From assembly GCF_006345805.1 (NCBI RefSeq), contig NC_043026.1:3968001-4032000 (forward strand): 64,000 nucleotides of DNA, in the 5' to 3' direction. Origin of the DNA: Octopus sinensis. Taxonomy: Eukaryota. A program made the translations under genes and the position numbers. Below, one piece after another: positions 23,931 through 37,959 of this stretch. Position 1 is the first letter of the stretch, and each line of letters starts with the position of its first letter. Below the pieces are notes generated by a model. The model did not search any database and was not told the DNA's origin. It worked only from the letters and a program-made list of their open reading frames with translations.

Positions 23931-24484
23931 GTTTAACGTCCGTTCTCCATGCTAGCATGGGTTGGACGGTTCGACCGGGGATCTGGGAAGCCAGAAGGCT
24001 GCACCAGGCTCCGGTCTTATCTGGCAAAGTTTCTACAGCTGGATGCCCTTCCTAACGCCAACCTCTCCGTGAGTGTAGTGGGTGCTTTTTACGTGCCACC
24101 TGCACTGGTGCCAGGCGAGGCTGGCATCGGCCACGGTCGGATTTTGCATTTTACGTGCCACCTGCACTGGTGTCAGGCGAGGCTGGCCATCGGCCACGGT
24201 TAGATTGGTGCATTTTACGTGGCCACCTGCACGGAAGCCAGTCGAGGCGGCACTGGCTTTGGCCACGATTCGGATGGTGCTTTTTACGTGCCACCTGCAC
24301 TGGTGCCAGGCGAGGCTGGCATCGGCCACGGTCGGATTGGTGCATTTTATGGAAGCCAGTCAAGGCGGCACTGGCTTCGGCTACGATTCGGATGGTGCTT
24401 TTTACGTGCCACCGACACGGAAGCCAGTCAAGGCGGCACTGGCTTCGGCCACAATTCGGATGGGGCATTTTATGGAAGCCAGTC
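23900..24484 (-). mobile_element. Family E retroposon with internal ~60-bp repeats
   Basis: (CAT)n tail at ~23900; repeated TTTTACGTGCCACC blocks. Confidence 0.8.
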
Positions 24485-26285
24485 CATTACCGTATTTATT
24501 TTGAGATGCTCTGTGTTTCTTTCAATTATTTTAAATATAACAAAGATTTTAGTAAAATAACTTGGTTATCATTAAGCTAGTGTTAGGAACATAAATTGTG
24601 ACTAAGGTTTGGTGGAAGATTTTAATTCAAAACTTAAGAAAACAAGACATTTGTACTACAGAGCCCAGAGGTGGTCTCAACCAGGTTGGTATTGAAAGGG
24701 TTAAAAACATCTCTACATTTGGGCAGATGGACATTAGAAGCAGTTGAAAGGGTGGGGATTGAAAGAAATTTAGGCTATTATTTCCAGCATTTAGAGTGAC
24801 CACATTGAGGTCTCCCCATCCATCTAACCTCTGTGTTTCTTTCAATTACTTTAAATATAACAAAGAATTTAGTAAAATAACTTAGTTATCATTAAGCTAG
24901 TTATAGGAACATAAATTGTGACTAAGGTTTGGTGGAAGATTTTAATTCAAAACTTAAGAAAACAAGACATTTGTACTACAGAGCCAGAGGCGGTTTCAAC
25001 CAGGTTGGTATTGAAAGGGTTAAAAACATCTCTACATTTGGGCAGATGGACATTAGAAGCAGTTGAAAGGGTGGGGATTGAAAGAAATTTAGGCTATTAT
25101 TTCCAGCATTTAGAGTGACCACATTGGGTTCTCCCCATCCATCTAACCTCTGGTTTCTTTCAATTACTTTAAATATAACAAAGAATTTAGTAAAATAACT
25201 TAGTTATCATTCAGCTAGAATTAGGAACATAAATTGTGACTAAGGTTTGGTGGAAGATTTTAATTCAAAACTTATGAAAACAAGACATTTGTACTACAGA
25301 GCCAGAGGCAGTTTTCAGCCAGAATTGGTATCGAAAGGGTTAAACAACACTCTAAACTTTGGGCAGATGGACATTAGAAACAGTTGAAAGGTGTGGATTG
25401 AAGGAAATTTAGGCTACTATTTCTAGCATATAGAGTGACCACATTAAGGTCTCCCCATCCATCTAACCTCTGTGTTTCTTTCAATTACTTTAAATATAAC
25501 AAAGAATTTAGTAAAATAACTTGGTTATCATTCAGCTAGTGTTAGGAACATAAATTGTGACTAAGGTTTTTGGTGTGGAGATTTTAATTCAAAACTTATG
25601 AAATCAAGACATTTGTACTACAGAGCCAGAGCTGGTTTCAACCAGGTTGGTATTGAAAGGGTTAAGAATTGTTTCTCTATTAGATATTTTAACCCTCTTG
25701 TTACTATTTATGTTGAGATGCTCTGGGTTTCTTTCAATTACTTTAAATATAACAAAGAATTAGTAAAACAACTTAGTTATCATTAAGCTAGTTATAGGAA
25801 CATAAATTGTGACTAAGGTTTGGTGGAAGATTTTAATTCAAAACTTAAGAAAACAAGACATTTGTACTACAGAGCCAGAGGCGGTTTCAACCAGGTTGGT
25901 ATTGAAAGGGTTAAACACATCTCTACATTTGGGCAGATGGACATTAGAAGCAGTTGAAAGGGTGGGGATGAAGAAATTTAGGCATTATTCCAGCATTAGA
26001 GTAGTGACACATTGAGGTCTCCTTCTCTCATGTTTTCTGCTGATTATTTTTCTTCTTAACCCTTTTGTTACCATATTTCTGTTGAGATGCTCTGAGTTTC
26101 TTTTAATTAATTTTAAGTATAACAAAGATTTTAGTAAAATAACTTGGTTATCATTAAGCTAGTTATAGGAACATAAATTGTGATTAAGGTTTGGTGGAAG
26201 ATTTTAATTCAAAACTTAAGAAAACAAGACATTTGTACTACAGAGCCAGAGGCGGTTTTGGCCGAATTGGTAATGAAAGGGTTAA
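24485..26285. mobile_element. Cluster of six piggyBac-like MITE copies
   Basis: Complete copies 25693-25910 and 26060-26281 have TTAA flanks and CCCTTT.../...AAAGGG termini; upstream ~320-bp MITE-plus-flank tandem units. Confidence 0.8.
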
Positions 26286-27039
26286 GGGTGATATGGCCCC
26301 CAAGGACCATATGGACCTCAGCTGAGAACCACAGGTATATGTTTTCCTGTTTTCCCTGCAAAAAACAAAAACGAAAAGAAAAAGACTGGCTCAAATTTTT
26401 TTTTATCCCTCTTCATCTTTTCAAGTTTACATTGTCCCTAAAGCAAAAAAAAAAAAAAAAAGGATCAAATTTTCCTACCCTTAAATCACTTGAAAACTGT
26501 CCCGGTAAGTCACCCATCAAACCATCTTTAGATTTTTTCCCCCTACGAAACAAAAAAAAAAAAGAGAAGAATAAAAAAAAATGAAAGCAAAAGTTGGCCT
26601 CTTGCCTAATACAAAAAAAAAAACTATTTTTATGTATTTTACAATTATGCTATGGGTTCATTACGTCTGCCTGATTAACATCTCACACCTCACACATCCT
26701 AGCATTCTTGTCCTTCAGAGAGAAAAAAAAAAGAGAACAGCTACCTCAACATCTGTCCTACTTACCTACCTACCTACCTACAGGTGTATCTACCTATGTA
26801 ATTATCCTCATTGCAGCTTTTTTTGGTTTTTTTTTGCTGAAAAAAATCTGCTTCAGCTGGTCTATTGGTCTGTATTTGTAGCAAAACACTAGTGACTACT
26901 AAACATATAACAAATACAGCGGTACTACTTGCAACTGTTGAACTGCAAGCCTTGAAGTAGTCGCTTGGCCTAATAGAAACAGCAGTCAAATCTCCCTCAA
27001 ACGACACGCTACAGTCTTATATATATATGTACATGCGTA

Positions 27040-28590
27040 TGTATGAGCCAAACCTATAATCACAGGCATTCCAGCCATGACCATTCAGTCTATTTTGAGA
27101 ATTATGTCTTGGATCACAGGCATTCCAGCCATGACCATTCAGTCTATTTTGAGAATTATGTCTGGATCACATTATTCAATAGCTTTTCAGGATGTGATGT
27201 GAGGAAGATCTGGCTGTTATTTCTACCATGTATGTATGAGCCAAACCTATAATCACAGGCATTCCAGCCATGACCATTCAGTCTATTTTGAGAATTATAT
27301 CTCGGACCACATTATTCAATAGCTTTCAGGTGATGTGATGTGAGGAAGATCTGGCTGTTATTTCTACCATGTATGTACATGTGTATGTATGAGCCAAACT
27401 ATAATCACAGGCATTCCAGCCATGACCATTCAGTCTATTTTGAGAATTATTCTCGGACCACATTATTCATAGCTTTTTCAGGATGTGATGTGAGGAAGAT
27501 CTGGCTGTATTTCTTCTACCATGTATGTACATGTGTACGTATGAGCCAAATCTATAATCACAGGCATTCCAGCCATGACCATTCAGTCTATTTTGAGAAT
27601 TATATCTCGGACCACATTATTCAATAGCTTTTCAGGATGTGATGTGAGGAAGATCTGGCTGTTATTTCTACCATGTATGTACATGTGTACGTATGAGCCA
27701 AATCTATAATCACAGGCATTCCAGCCATGACCATTCAGTCTATTTTGAGAATTATATCTCGGACCACATTATTCAATAGCTTTTCAGGATGTGATGTGAG
27801 GAAGATCTGGCTGTTATTTCTACCATGTATGTACATGTGTACGTATGAGCCAAATCTATAATCACAGGCATTCCAGCCATGACCATTCAGTCTATTTTGA
27901 GAATTATATCTCAGACCACATTATTCAATAGCTTTTCAGGATGTGATGTGAGGAAGATTCTGGCTGTTTATTTCTACCATGTATGTACCTTGTGTACGTA
28001 TGAGCCAAATCTATAATCACAGGCATTCCAGCCATGACCATTCAGTCTATTTTGAGAATTATGTCTTGTACCACATTATTCAATAGCTTTTCAGGATGTT
28101 GATGTGAGGAAGATATCTGGCTGTTATTTCTACCATGTATGTACATGTGTATGTATGAGCCAAACCTATAATCACAGGCATTCCAGCCATGACCATTCAG
28201 TCTATTTTGAGAATTATATCTCGGACCACATTATTCAATAGCTTTTCAGGATGTGTGTATGAGGAAGATCTGGCTGTTATTTCTACCATGTATGTACATG
28301 TGTATGTATGAGCCAAACCTATAATCACAGGCATTCCAGCCATGACCATTCAGTCTATTTTGAGAATTATGTCTCGGACCACATTATTCAATAGCTTTTC
28401 AGGATGTGATGTGAGGAAGATCTGGCTGTTATTTCTACCATGTATGTACATGTGTATGTATGAGCCAAACCTATAATCACAGGCATTCCAACCATGACCA
28501 TTCAGTCTATTTTGAGAATTATGTCTTGGATGACATTATTCAATAGCTTTTCAGGATGTGATGTGAGGAAGATCTGGCTGTTATTTCTAC
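27040..28590 (+). repeat. 152-bp satellite array x~10
   Basis: AATCACAGGCATTCCAGCCATGACC starts at 27251, 27403, 27556, 27708, 27860 and onward. Confidence 0.95.
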
Positions 28591-29362
28591 CAGGTCTAGT
28601 TACCATGTAGGGCCCCTCCCACCTCATTAGTTCATGCAGACATATAAACATACCAGAATGGTAAGGAGTGATTTGAAGGAGATTTGGCTGCTATTTCCAC
28701 TAAGTCTAACTACATGATAGCTAGAGCTAGTAGAAATAGCAGCTAAATTTCCCTCGAATCTCACCATGCTGTCACATGTATGTATATATACATGCATGAG
28801 CCAAGGGGGACCTCTACATGATAGCTAGAGCTGGTAGAAATAGCAGCTAAATTTCCCTCAAATCTCACCATACTATCTTATGTGTGTATATATACATGCA
28901 TGAGCGAACAAGATGTCCACATGGTAGCTAAACCTGATAGAAACAGCAGCCAAATCTCCCTCAAATTACACCATACTATCTTATGTGTGCATATATATGC
29001 ATGCATGAGCAAACAAGATGTCCACATGGTAGCTAAACCTGGTAGAAACAGCAGCCAAATCTACCTCAAATTACACTATACAGCTTTTATATGCATGTAT
29101 GCATGAACTACCAATAGCAGCCAAATATTCCTTAAATTATATTCTACTGTCTTATATATGTAAATATATATAGGTTAATGAGCAAGACCTCTATGTGGTA
29201 GTTGGAGCAGTTAGAAATATCAGCCTAGCTTCCCCAAAACCACACCCAGCTGTCTTATGTATGTATGTCTAGTCAACAAGGGAGAACTCTACATGATAGC
29301 TAGACCTGAAAGAAATAGCAGCCAAATCTCCCTTAACACATACCATACTGTCTTATGTATAT

Positions 29363-29668
29363 ATAATAATAATAATAATAATTGTGTACAGTGCTCAGGT
29401 GCACTACAACTCATCTAAAGTGTATATATAATCAGGTGTAGTTTCGGCGGATTTCGGAAAGCATGAGGGCCTTAAAGGATGCAGTGTCATGGCAGTCAAC
29501 AACTGACGCAGGCAGTTTGTTCCATGCTTCAGCAACTCTGAGCGTGAAAAAATGTTTCCGAAAGTTATGGGAGCTGTGTTGTTTTCTGACTTTGTAGGCA
29601 TGTCCACGTGTGTTAGACACATGGAGATCAAAAAGGTGTTCAGTGTTGTTGTTGGTGAGGTGGTTGAT
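29363..29668 (-). mobile_element. CR1-a LINE 3' end
   Basis: Reverse complement of 16338-16640; encodes RGHAYKV...FFTLRVAEAWNKLP. Confidence 0.9.
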
Positions 29669-30118
29669 ATGTATATATCGTAGAGACGATGAGCGATGGC
29701 TAGAAGGATATTGAGTTTAACTTCATAACCAGCTGATCTAGCAAGAGGGGCCTCATATCAGTGATGACGTCGAGAGGTGGGCCCCGAAACAGCGAGCGTT
29801 TTCTCCTGATGACCCCATACACTTGCTGGCTTCCAGTATACGGAGCTTTTGACTGGTAACACTTGCATGTGCAAGTTGTTTTTGCAAGACATCTAAATAT
29901 GCATGTTTGAGCCAACAAGGTAAATCTCTATATGGTAGACAGACCTGCTAAAAATAGCTGCCAAATTTCCTCCAAATCATACCCTATTGATATATATATA
30001 TGTATGTATGAGCCAACAGGGGAGACTTCTAAACAGTAGCTAGAGCAGGTAGAAATAGCAACCAAATCGCCCTTAAATCACATCATACTGTCTTATGTAC
30101 ATATTTTATATGAGCAAA

Positions 30119-30285
30119 TAGGCGCAGGAGTGGCTGTGTGGTAAGTAGCTTGCTTACCAACCACATGGTTCCGGGTTCAGTACCACTGCGTGGCATCTTG
30201 GGCAAGTGTCTTCTGCTATAGCCCCGGACCAACCAATGCCTTGTGAGTGGATTTGGTAGACGGAAACTAAAAGAAGCCTGTCGTA

Positions 30286-30364
<79 letters not shown>

Positions 30365-30595
30365 TATATATGTATGTGTGTCTGTGTTTGTCTCCCTAGC
30401 ATTGCTTGGCAACCGATGCTGATGTGTTTACGTCCCCGTCACTTAGCGGTTCGGCAAAAGAGACTGATAGAATAAGTACTGGGATTACAAAGAATAAGTC
30501 CCGGGGTCGATTTGCTCGACTAAACGCAGTGCTCCAGCATGGCTGCAGTCAAATGACTGAAACAAGTAAAAGAGTAAAGAGAGAGTAAAGAGTAA
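30119..30595 (+). mobile_element. Family A SINE, full length
   Basis: Head, long internal (TA)n, GTAAAAGA-type tail. Confidence 0.9.
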
Positions 30596-31136
30596 ATAAG
30601 GGTGGCCACAACATGATCTACACCTGATAAAAAAAAAACAACCAAATCTCCCTCAAATCAGGCCCTATTATCCTATGTATGTAGGTATATATGAGCCAAC
30701 AAGAGGGACTTTTCCACGATAGTTAGACTTAGTGGAAATAGCAGCCAAATCTCCTTCAAATCACTCATTACCATTCTTGTATGTTTATATGTATGCATGA
30801 CCCATTGAGGTGGGAGGGGCCCTACATGGTAACTAGACCTGGTAGAAATAACAGCCAGATCTTCCTCCAATTACATCCTGAAAAGCTATTGAATAATGAG
30901 CCAATAAGAGAAACTTTTCCATGGTAGTTAGAATTAGTGGAAATAGCAGCCAAATCTCCTTCAAATCACTCATTACCATTCTTGTATGTTTATATGTATG
31001 CATGAACCAATGAAGTAGGAGGGGCCCTACATGGTAACTAGACCTGGTAGAAATAACAGCCAGATCTTCCTCAAATTACATCCTGAAAAGCTATTGAATA
31101 ATGTGGTACAAGACATAATTCTCAAAACAGACTGAA

Positions 31137-31944
31137 CTATCAGCATAGCCCGGCGTTGCCCGGATATGTAAGAGCCCCTAGTAGGCAACGACTAATCCCA
31201 ATCTAATCCTTTCCCTCTAGGGAACGAAGGCGCATGTGTAGGTTGCAATGTCTTCTCTTCACTCCCAAATAACTATCAAACAGCTATCGATAATTCAACC
31301 CAACCAATTCCTACCAGGAAGAAATTACATTCGAGACTTTACCCCCAACACCGCCACTTCTGCTAATAGCTGCTGCAGCCGCAAGTTATTCGAATACTTT
31401 TTTTGTTTACACTTTCTTTATAACTACCACCCCAAACGTTTTACCTTAAATTTTTGACGTACCCTAAGGGTCCTCGGACGCTACCTGCAAACTCTTGGTT
31501 TATTATAAACCGCTTTTGTCGTGTGCACCAACAAAACCTTTTCCATTCGTTTGTTCAGTTTGGTCACTTTTGACTTTTTCGTTGTTGTCACCCACATTGC
31601 TGCCCGCTTTTTGCCGTTTTTGTACATTTTTATACATTTTGGGATACTTACCCCACGTGTTCTGAGAGTTAAAAAGGTCGAGTTGTGTCCCCTAGACAGT
31701 CTGTAGAAAATGTGTTGCATATAAAAAGCTTAGATTCTCGACCCCATGTCGAATTTATCGATTTGTTTTCAGAACTGGGGGAACTTTTCAAAATTTTCGC
31801 TGCGTTAGTTTTGAATTATGACATTGGGCTACATGTGTGTCAAGTTTCATCAGAATCGGTTGAAAGCCGTGGTCAAGGTGAGGGTACAACCTGACAGACA
31901 CACAGACACACAGACAGACAAACTGCCGTTTATATATAGAGAGA
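31137..31944 (-). mobile_element. Non-autonomous Helitron, 808 bp
   Basis: Minus strand starts TC and ends with a GC-rich subterminal motif (CCGGGCAACGCCGGGC) plus ATAG (variant of CTAG); inserted between A and T of the satellite unit with no TSD. Confidence 0.85.
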
Positions 31945-32189
31945 TGGTCATGGCTGGAATGCCTGTGATTATAGATTTGGCTCATACATACACATGTACA
32001 TACATGGTAGAAATAACAGCCAGATCTTCCTCAGGGAAATTTAACTGCTATTTCTACCAGCTCTAGCTATCATGCAGTTAGACTTAGTGGAAATAGCAGC
32101 CAAATCTCCTTCAAATCACTCCTTACCATTCTGGTATGTTTATATGTCTGCATGAACTAATGAGGTGGGAGGGGACCTACATGGTAACT

Positions 32190-33229
32190 AGACCTGGTAG
32201 AAATAACAGCCAGATCTTCCTCACATCACATCCCGAAAAGCTATTGAATAATGTGGTACAAGACATAATTCTCAAAATAGACTGAATGGTCATGGCTGGA
32301 ATGCCTGTGATTATAGGTTTGGCTCATACATACACAGGTACATACATGGTAGAAATAACAGCCAGATCTTCCTAACATCACATCCTGAAAAGCTATTGAA
32401 TAATGTGGTCCAAGACATAATTCTCAAAATAGACTGAATGGTCATGGCTGGAATGCCTGTGATTATAGGTTTGGCTCATACATACACATGTACATACATG
32501 GTAGAAATAACAGCCAGATCTTCCTCACATCACATCCTGAAAAGCTATTGAATAATGTGGTCCGAGACATAACTCTCAAAATAGACTGAATGGTCATGGC
32601 TGGAATGCCTGTGATTATAGGTTTGGCTCATACATACACATGTACATACATGGTAGAAATAACAGCCAGATCTTCCTCACATCACATCCTGAAAAGCTAT
32701 TGAATAATGTGGTACAAGACATAATTCTCAAAATAGACTGAATGGTCATGGCTGGAATGCCTGTGATTATAGGTTTGGCTCATACATACACAGGTACATA
32801 CATGGTAGAAATAACAGCCAGATCTTCCTCACATCACATCCTGAAAAGCTATTGAATAATGTGGTCCGTGATATAATTCTCAAAATAGACTGAATGGTCA
32901 TGGCTGGAATGCCTGTGATTATAGGTTTGGCTCATACATACACAGGTACATACATGGTAGAAATAACAGCCAGATCTTCCTCACATCACATCCTGAAAAG
33001 CTATTGAATAATGTGGTCCGAGACATAATTCTCAAAATAGACTGAATGGTCATGGCTGGAATGCCTGTGATTATAGGTTTGGCTCATACATACACATGTA
33101 CATACATGGTAGAAATAACAGCCAGATCTTCCTCACATCACATCCTGAAAAGCTATTGAATAATGTGGTCCGAGACATAATTCTCAAAATAGACTGAATG
33201 GTCATGGCTGGAATGCCTGTGATTATAGG
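32190..33229 (-). repeat. 152-bp satellite array x~7, inverted relative to 27040-28590
   Basis: GAATGGTCATGGCTGGAATGCCTGTGATT recurs every ~152 bp. Confidence 0.95.
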
Positions 33230-33499
33230 CCTGTCTGCTCAGTCAGAGCCCAATGATCAAGGCTAACAAAACAACACAAATAAAATGCTAAATATAAATT
33301 TCCCCCCCAAAAAAAGGGAAAATGAAAAAACAAAAGGATATTTAACAAAACAAAAAAAAAAAAAGGGGACAATAAAAAGGAATATTATGCATCATCCAGC
33401 TCCCTTTCTCTACCCCAAACAACAAGTGAACCCCCCCCCCGAAAAGGGAACTTTAAGCCATTGTCTCACTTGGCTCCCTAACCCTCACAATCATACAAA

Positions 33500-34168
33500 C
33501 ACACACAAACACACACAAACACACACACACACACGCACCTACACGCACACATTCATACAAATACAGACACTTACACATTCATGCAAACATACAAACGCAC
33601 ATACACACACGTACACCGACACCTATACAAACACGCACGCACAAAAACGAACAATACATACAACCACACATACACACCGATATATATATATATATACATA
33701 TATATATATGTACATATAAATACACATACCTCCATATACAAACACATACACACTATGCAAACACCCACATACACATACACACATATACAAACACATACAT
33801 GTACCCACATATACAAACACACACCCACATATACACACACATACACATAGCCACATATACAAACACATACATATACCTACATATACACACACATACACAT
33901 AGCCACCTATACAAACACACATATGCACATACCCACATATACACACACATACACATACCCACATATACCCACATATACAAACACATACATATATCCACAT
34001 ACACAAACACACACATATCCACACATATACAAACACACACACATACCCACATATACACACACATACATATACACACACACCCACATATACGCACACATAT
34101 ACGCAAACATATACACACATACCCACATATACACACACATATATACACACACATACATACCCACATAT

Positions 34169-34207
<39 letters not shown>

Positions 34208-34275
34208 CACCTAAATATACACATACCCACATACAAACACACACACACACACACACACATACACGCCCACATACA
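33500..34275. repeat. CA/TA compound microsatellite
   Basis: ACATACCCACATATACAAACAC-type sub-units. Confidence 0.95.
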
Positions 34276-34889
34276 TACCAAGGACAATGAGGAAATAGCT
34301 ATACCTTGACTCAAAACAAAACAAAAAAAAATACCACCAAAAATCACACAACCCCCACCACGACCACCACCACCAAAAAAATAAAGAAAACCATGACCAT
34401 TGCTAAATGCTAACCACACTGTTTTCTTCTCGTTTGGCCCTTTGCCAGTCTGTAATTATGACTCCTGGACGACAACTTGGTGACCTCTGAAATGGTTATT
34501 TATATTATTGATGAACAGCTAACGAGATTTAAAATATTTACCTCTGACAACAACGTCAACAGGATAAGCATAGGCATGGCTGTGTGGTAAGATGTTCGCT
34601 TCCCAACTACATAGTTCCCCGGTTCAATCCTACTGCACGGCACACCGAAGGAAAAGTGTTTTCTGCTACATCTCCGCACCAACCAAAAATTTTGTGATTG
34701 GATTTGATAGACAAAAAGCCTGTTGTATATTTTGTTTATTTCTTTCGTTGAATCTTCTGTTTGTTAGACTGCGGCCATGCTGGGGCACCGCCTTGAAGAA
34801 TTTTTAGTTGAATAAAATGGTCCCAGTATAGAGTTTTTTGTTAAAGTCTGGTACTTATTCTGTCGGTTCTTTTTTGCTTTTGTTGTACC

Positions 34890-35392
34890 TTTTGTTTGTT
34901 AGACTGTGGCCATGCTGGAGCAGCACGTTTAGTCAAGCAAATCGACCCCGGGACATATTCTTTGTAAGCCCAGTACTTATTCTATCGGTCTCTTTTGCCA
35001 AACTGCTAAGTGATGGGGACGTAGACACACCAGCATCGGTTGTCAAGCAATGCTAGGGCGACAAACACAGACACACAAACATATATATATATATATATAT
35101 TTCCCCCCATTCGCCTTCTAGAATAATTATTAATTACACCAAGTAATTACACCAAATTAATTAATTTATTCCAAATTAATTAATTTCACCCTATATTGTT
35201 ACTGATATATATATATATACATATATACGACAAGCTTCTTTCAGTTTCTGTCTACTAAATCCACTCACAAGGCATTGGTCAGCCCAGGGCTATAGCAAAA
35301 GACACTTGCCCAAGATGCCACGCAGTGGGACTGAACCCGGAACCATGTGGTTGGTTAGCAAGCTACTTACCACACAGCCACTCCAGCGCCTA
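34890..35392 (-). mobile_element. Family A SINE with AT-rich internal insert
   Basis: Tail half 34890-35085 and head half 35225-35392. Confidence 0.8.
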
Positions 35393-35553
35393 TGTAAAAT
35401 ATTTTTGACCTGGGTTTGCACCTCCTAAACAAACTTCATTCCCACACTTAAGCGCATTAGTCCTGTTGGGTCAGCTGAATAACACAAGATTCTCACGGAA
35501 AGAACATCTTTGACTAATAGACCTACTGGATCTACAGGACAAACAACAATAAT

Positions 35554-36005
35554 AGTTAAGTTAAGTTAATTTTTTGGCTCAAAAAGCAAAAAAGCAAGGC
35601 CATGTAGGGGGACATGGAGTTACGTACAGGGTGGTGTTCATGCAAAGAGTTCAGGCCATTTCTGGTCAAGAGAGACTTTGAACCAAGCGGTCGTCAGCAT
35701 CTTCACTATCTCGTCCAGCAGTTTATTCCACGGATCCGCAACCCGGACAGAGAAAGCCCCTCTCCTTCGATTGAGATGAAATCGTCGCAGATAGAGCTTT
35801 TTGGAGTGACCCCGCAGCCGACGCTCTGGAGCAGGAGTGAAGAACAGCTCTTTCAAGAGGTTACACTTTCCGCTTATGATGTTGGAGTTATGTACAGGGA
35901 GGGTGTTCATGCAAAGAGTTCAGGCCATTTCTGGTCAAGAGAGACTTTGAACCGAGCGGTCGTCAGCATCTTCACTATCTCGTCCAGCAGTTTATTCCAC
36001 GGATC
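35554..36005 (-). mobile_element. CR1-b LINE 3' end with partial tandem duplicate
   Basis: Reverse complement of ~21565-21900; the 35618-35735 segment is repeated at 35884-36005. Confidence 0.85.
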
Positions 36006-36261
36006 AGTTTTTACATGCCAACAGCACAGGTGCATTTATGCAGCACTGGCATGGGTGCATTTGATGCGACACCAGCACTTATAAAGGACATGCCTATATA
36101 TTGGGTCATCCTATAAATAATGCGTTTTTTTCAAAATTAAGATAAACAAAGTTCTTTTCCAATCTAAAATATACTCTCCTTCACTTTCTACAATGCTCTT
36201 CCATCTATATGGTAGACTTGCAATGTCCCGCTTCCAAAATTCACTTGTCCATGGGTTGGAC

Positions 36262-36705
36262 GGTTTGACAGGAAAAGGCGGCGAGCTGGCAAAAACGTTA
36301 GCACGCCAGGCAAAATGCTTAGCGGTATTTCGTCTGTCGCTACGTTCTCAGTTCAAATTCCGCCGAGGTCGACTTTGCCTTTCATCCTTTCGGGGTCGAT
36401 AAATTAAGTACCAGTTACGCACTGGGGTCGATATAATCGACTAAATCCGTTTGTCTGTCCTTGTTTGTCCTCTCTGTGTTTAGCCCCTTGTGGGTAGTAA
36501 AGAAATAGGTATTTCGTCTGCCGCTACGTTCCGAGTTCAAATTCCACCGAGGTCGACTTTGCCTTTCATCCTTTCGGGGGTCGATAAATTAAGTACCAGT
36601 TACGCACTGGGGTCGATATAATCGACTAAATCCGTTTGTCTGTCCTTGTTTGTCCTCTCTGTGTTTAGCCCCTTGTGAGTAGTAAAGAAATAGGTTTGAC
36701 AGGAA
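36262..36705 (+). mobile_element. Family B SINE dimer with 13-bp TSD
   Basis: GGTTTGACAGGAA at 36262-36274 and 36693-36705. Confidence 0.9.
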
Positions 36706-37270
36706 CTAGCCAGACAGAAGACTGCATCAGATTTCTGTCCCTGTTTTGGCATGGCTTTTAACGACTGGATGCCCTTCCTAACACAAACCACCCTACAAAG
36801 TGGACAATTATGTAAATTTCAGCAAGGAAACCTAAAAGCTAGCCATCTTGAATAGAGCCCGTCTGTCTTGCATATATCAAGCTTACACCACTGTCGAGTT
36901 AATGACATTGTTTAATCACTATCACCATAGGAGATGCAGTGAACCCCTGAAAGAGATAGATATAGAAGGGTTGGGGGGGGGGGAGACAAGGACAATATTT
37001 ATGAGTGGAGAAACTTTTGTAAGCTTTTGACAAGTTATAGACGTATCAGTGATTGTGGAAGTGTTTATATTATTTAAGTCATTTACACTCATTAGTTCTA
37101 TGGTAATTAGTGCTGACAGTGATTGCATAGTTCTGTTGATCGGGGTGAGGGCAACAAGGGGAGGAAGGGGAGTTAAATAAAGGACAAGAAACATACATAA
37201 TGGAAAAGTTAAAGTGTATATATATATATATATACACACATATATATATATATATTATATATATATATAC

Positions 37271-37449
37271 AGGAGTGGCTGTGTATAGGCGCAGAAGCGG
37301 CTGTGTGGTAAGTAGCTTGTTTACCAACCACATGGTTCCGGGTTCAGTCCCACTGTGTGGCACCTTGGGCAAGTGTCTTCTACTATTGCCTCGGGCCGAC
37401 CAATGCCTTGTGAGTGGATTTGGTAGACGGAAACTAAAAGAAGGCCTTC

Positions 37450-37505
<56 letters not shown>

Positions 37506-37727
37506 GTGTTTGTGTGTCTGTGTTTGTCCCCCTAGCATTGCTTGGCAACCGATGCTGGTGTGTTTACGTCCCCGTTACTTAGTGGTTCGGCAAAAGAGAC
37601 CGATAGAATAAGTACTGGGCTTACAAATGAATAAGTCCCGGGGTCGAGTTGCTCGATTAAAGGCAGTGCTCCAGCATGGCCGCAGTCAAATGACTGAAAC
37701 AAGTAAAAGAGTAAAAGAGTAAAGAGT
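37271..37727 (+). mobile_element. Family A SINE, full length
   Basis: Head, CORE motif, internal microsatellite, tail. Confidence 0.9.
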
Positions 37728-37959
37728 ATATACATACGTACAAATGTGTGCGTAGTGGGGGTGGCGAAACACTAATAATAGAATGGAGCTATTTCATTTA
37801 ATGCTTGATTTTACGTTGGACTATAATAAAAAAAAAATTGACACTAAACTGGAGGATTACAAAATACTTTCTGTAGAGCACATTTTTCATATCTATTATT
37901 GTGTTACAAGAATAATAAATATGTTAGTGTCCTTGAAGTTTCAGGCTGCTGCTGTAACT

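Larger units (their letters stand above)
28590..31136. repeat. Old degenerate ~100-bp repeat (TAGACCTGGTAGAAATAGCAGCCAAATCTCCCTCAAATC core), interrupted by TEs
   Basis: Core motif recurs more than 10 times, with an orientation flip near 28715. Confidence 0.75.

Noticed and set aside
27040-28590. CRISPR-like regular array
   Set aside because: Whole units repeat with no unique spacers, no cas genes, and the context is eukaryotic.
29745-29800. GGGGCC/GGCCCC stem followed by GAAAC
   Set aside because: No CTGANGA-like core or stem I upstream.
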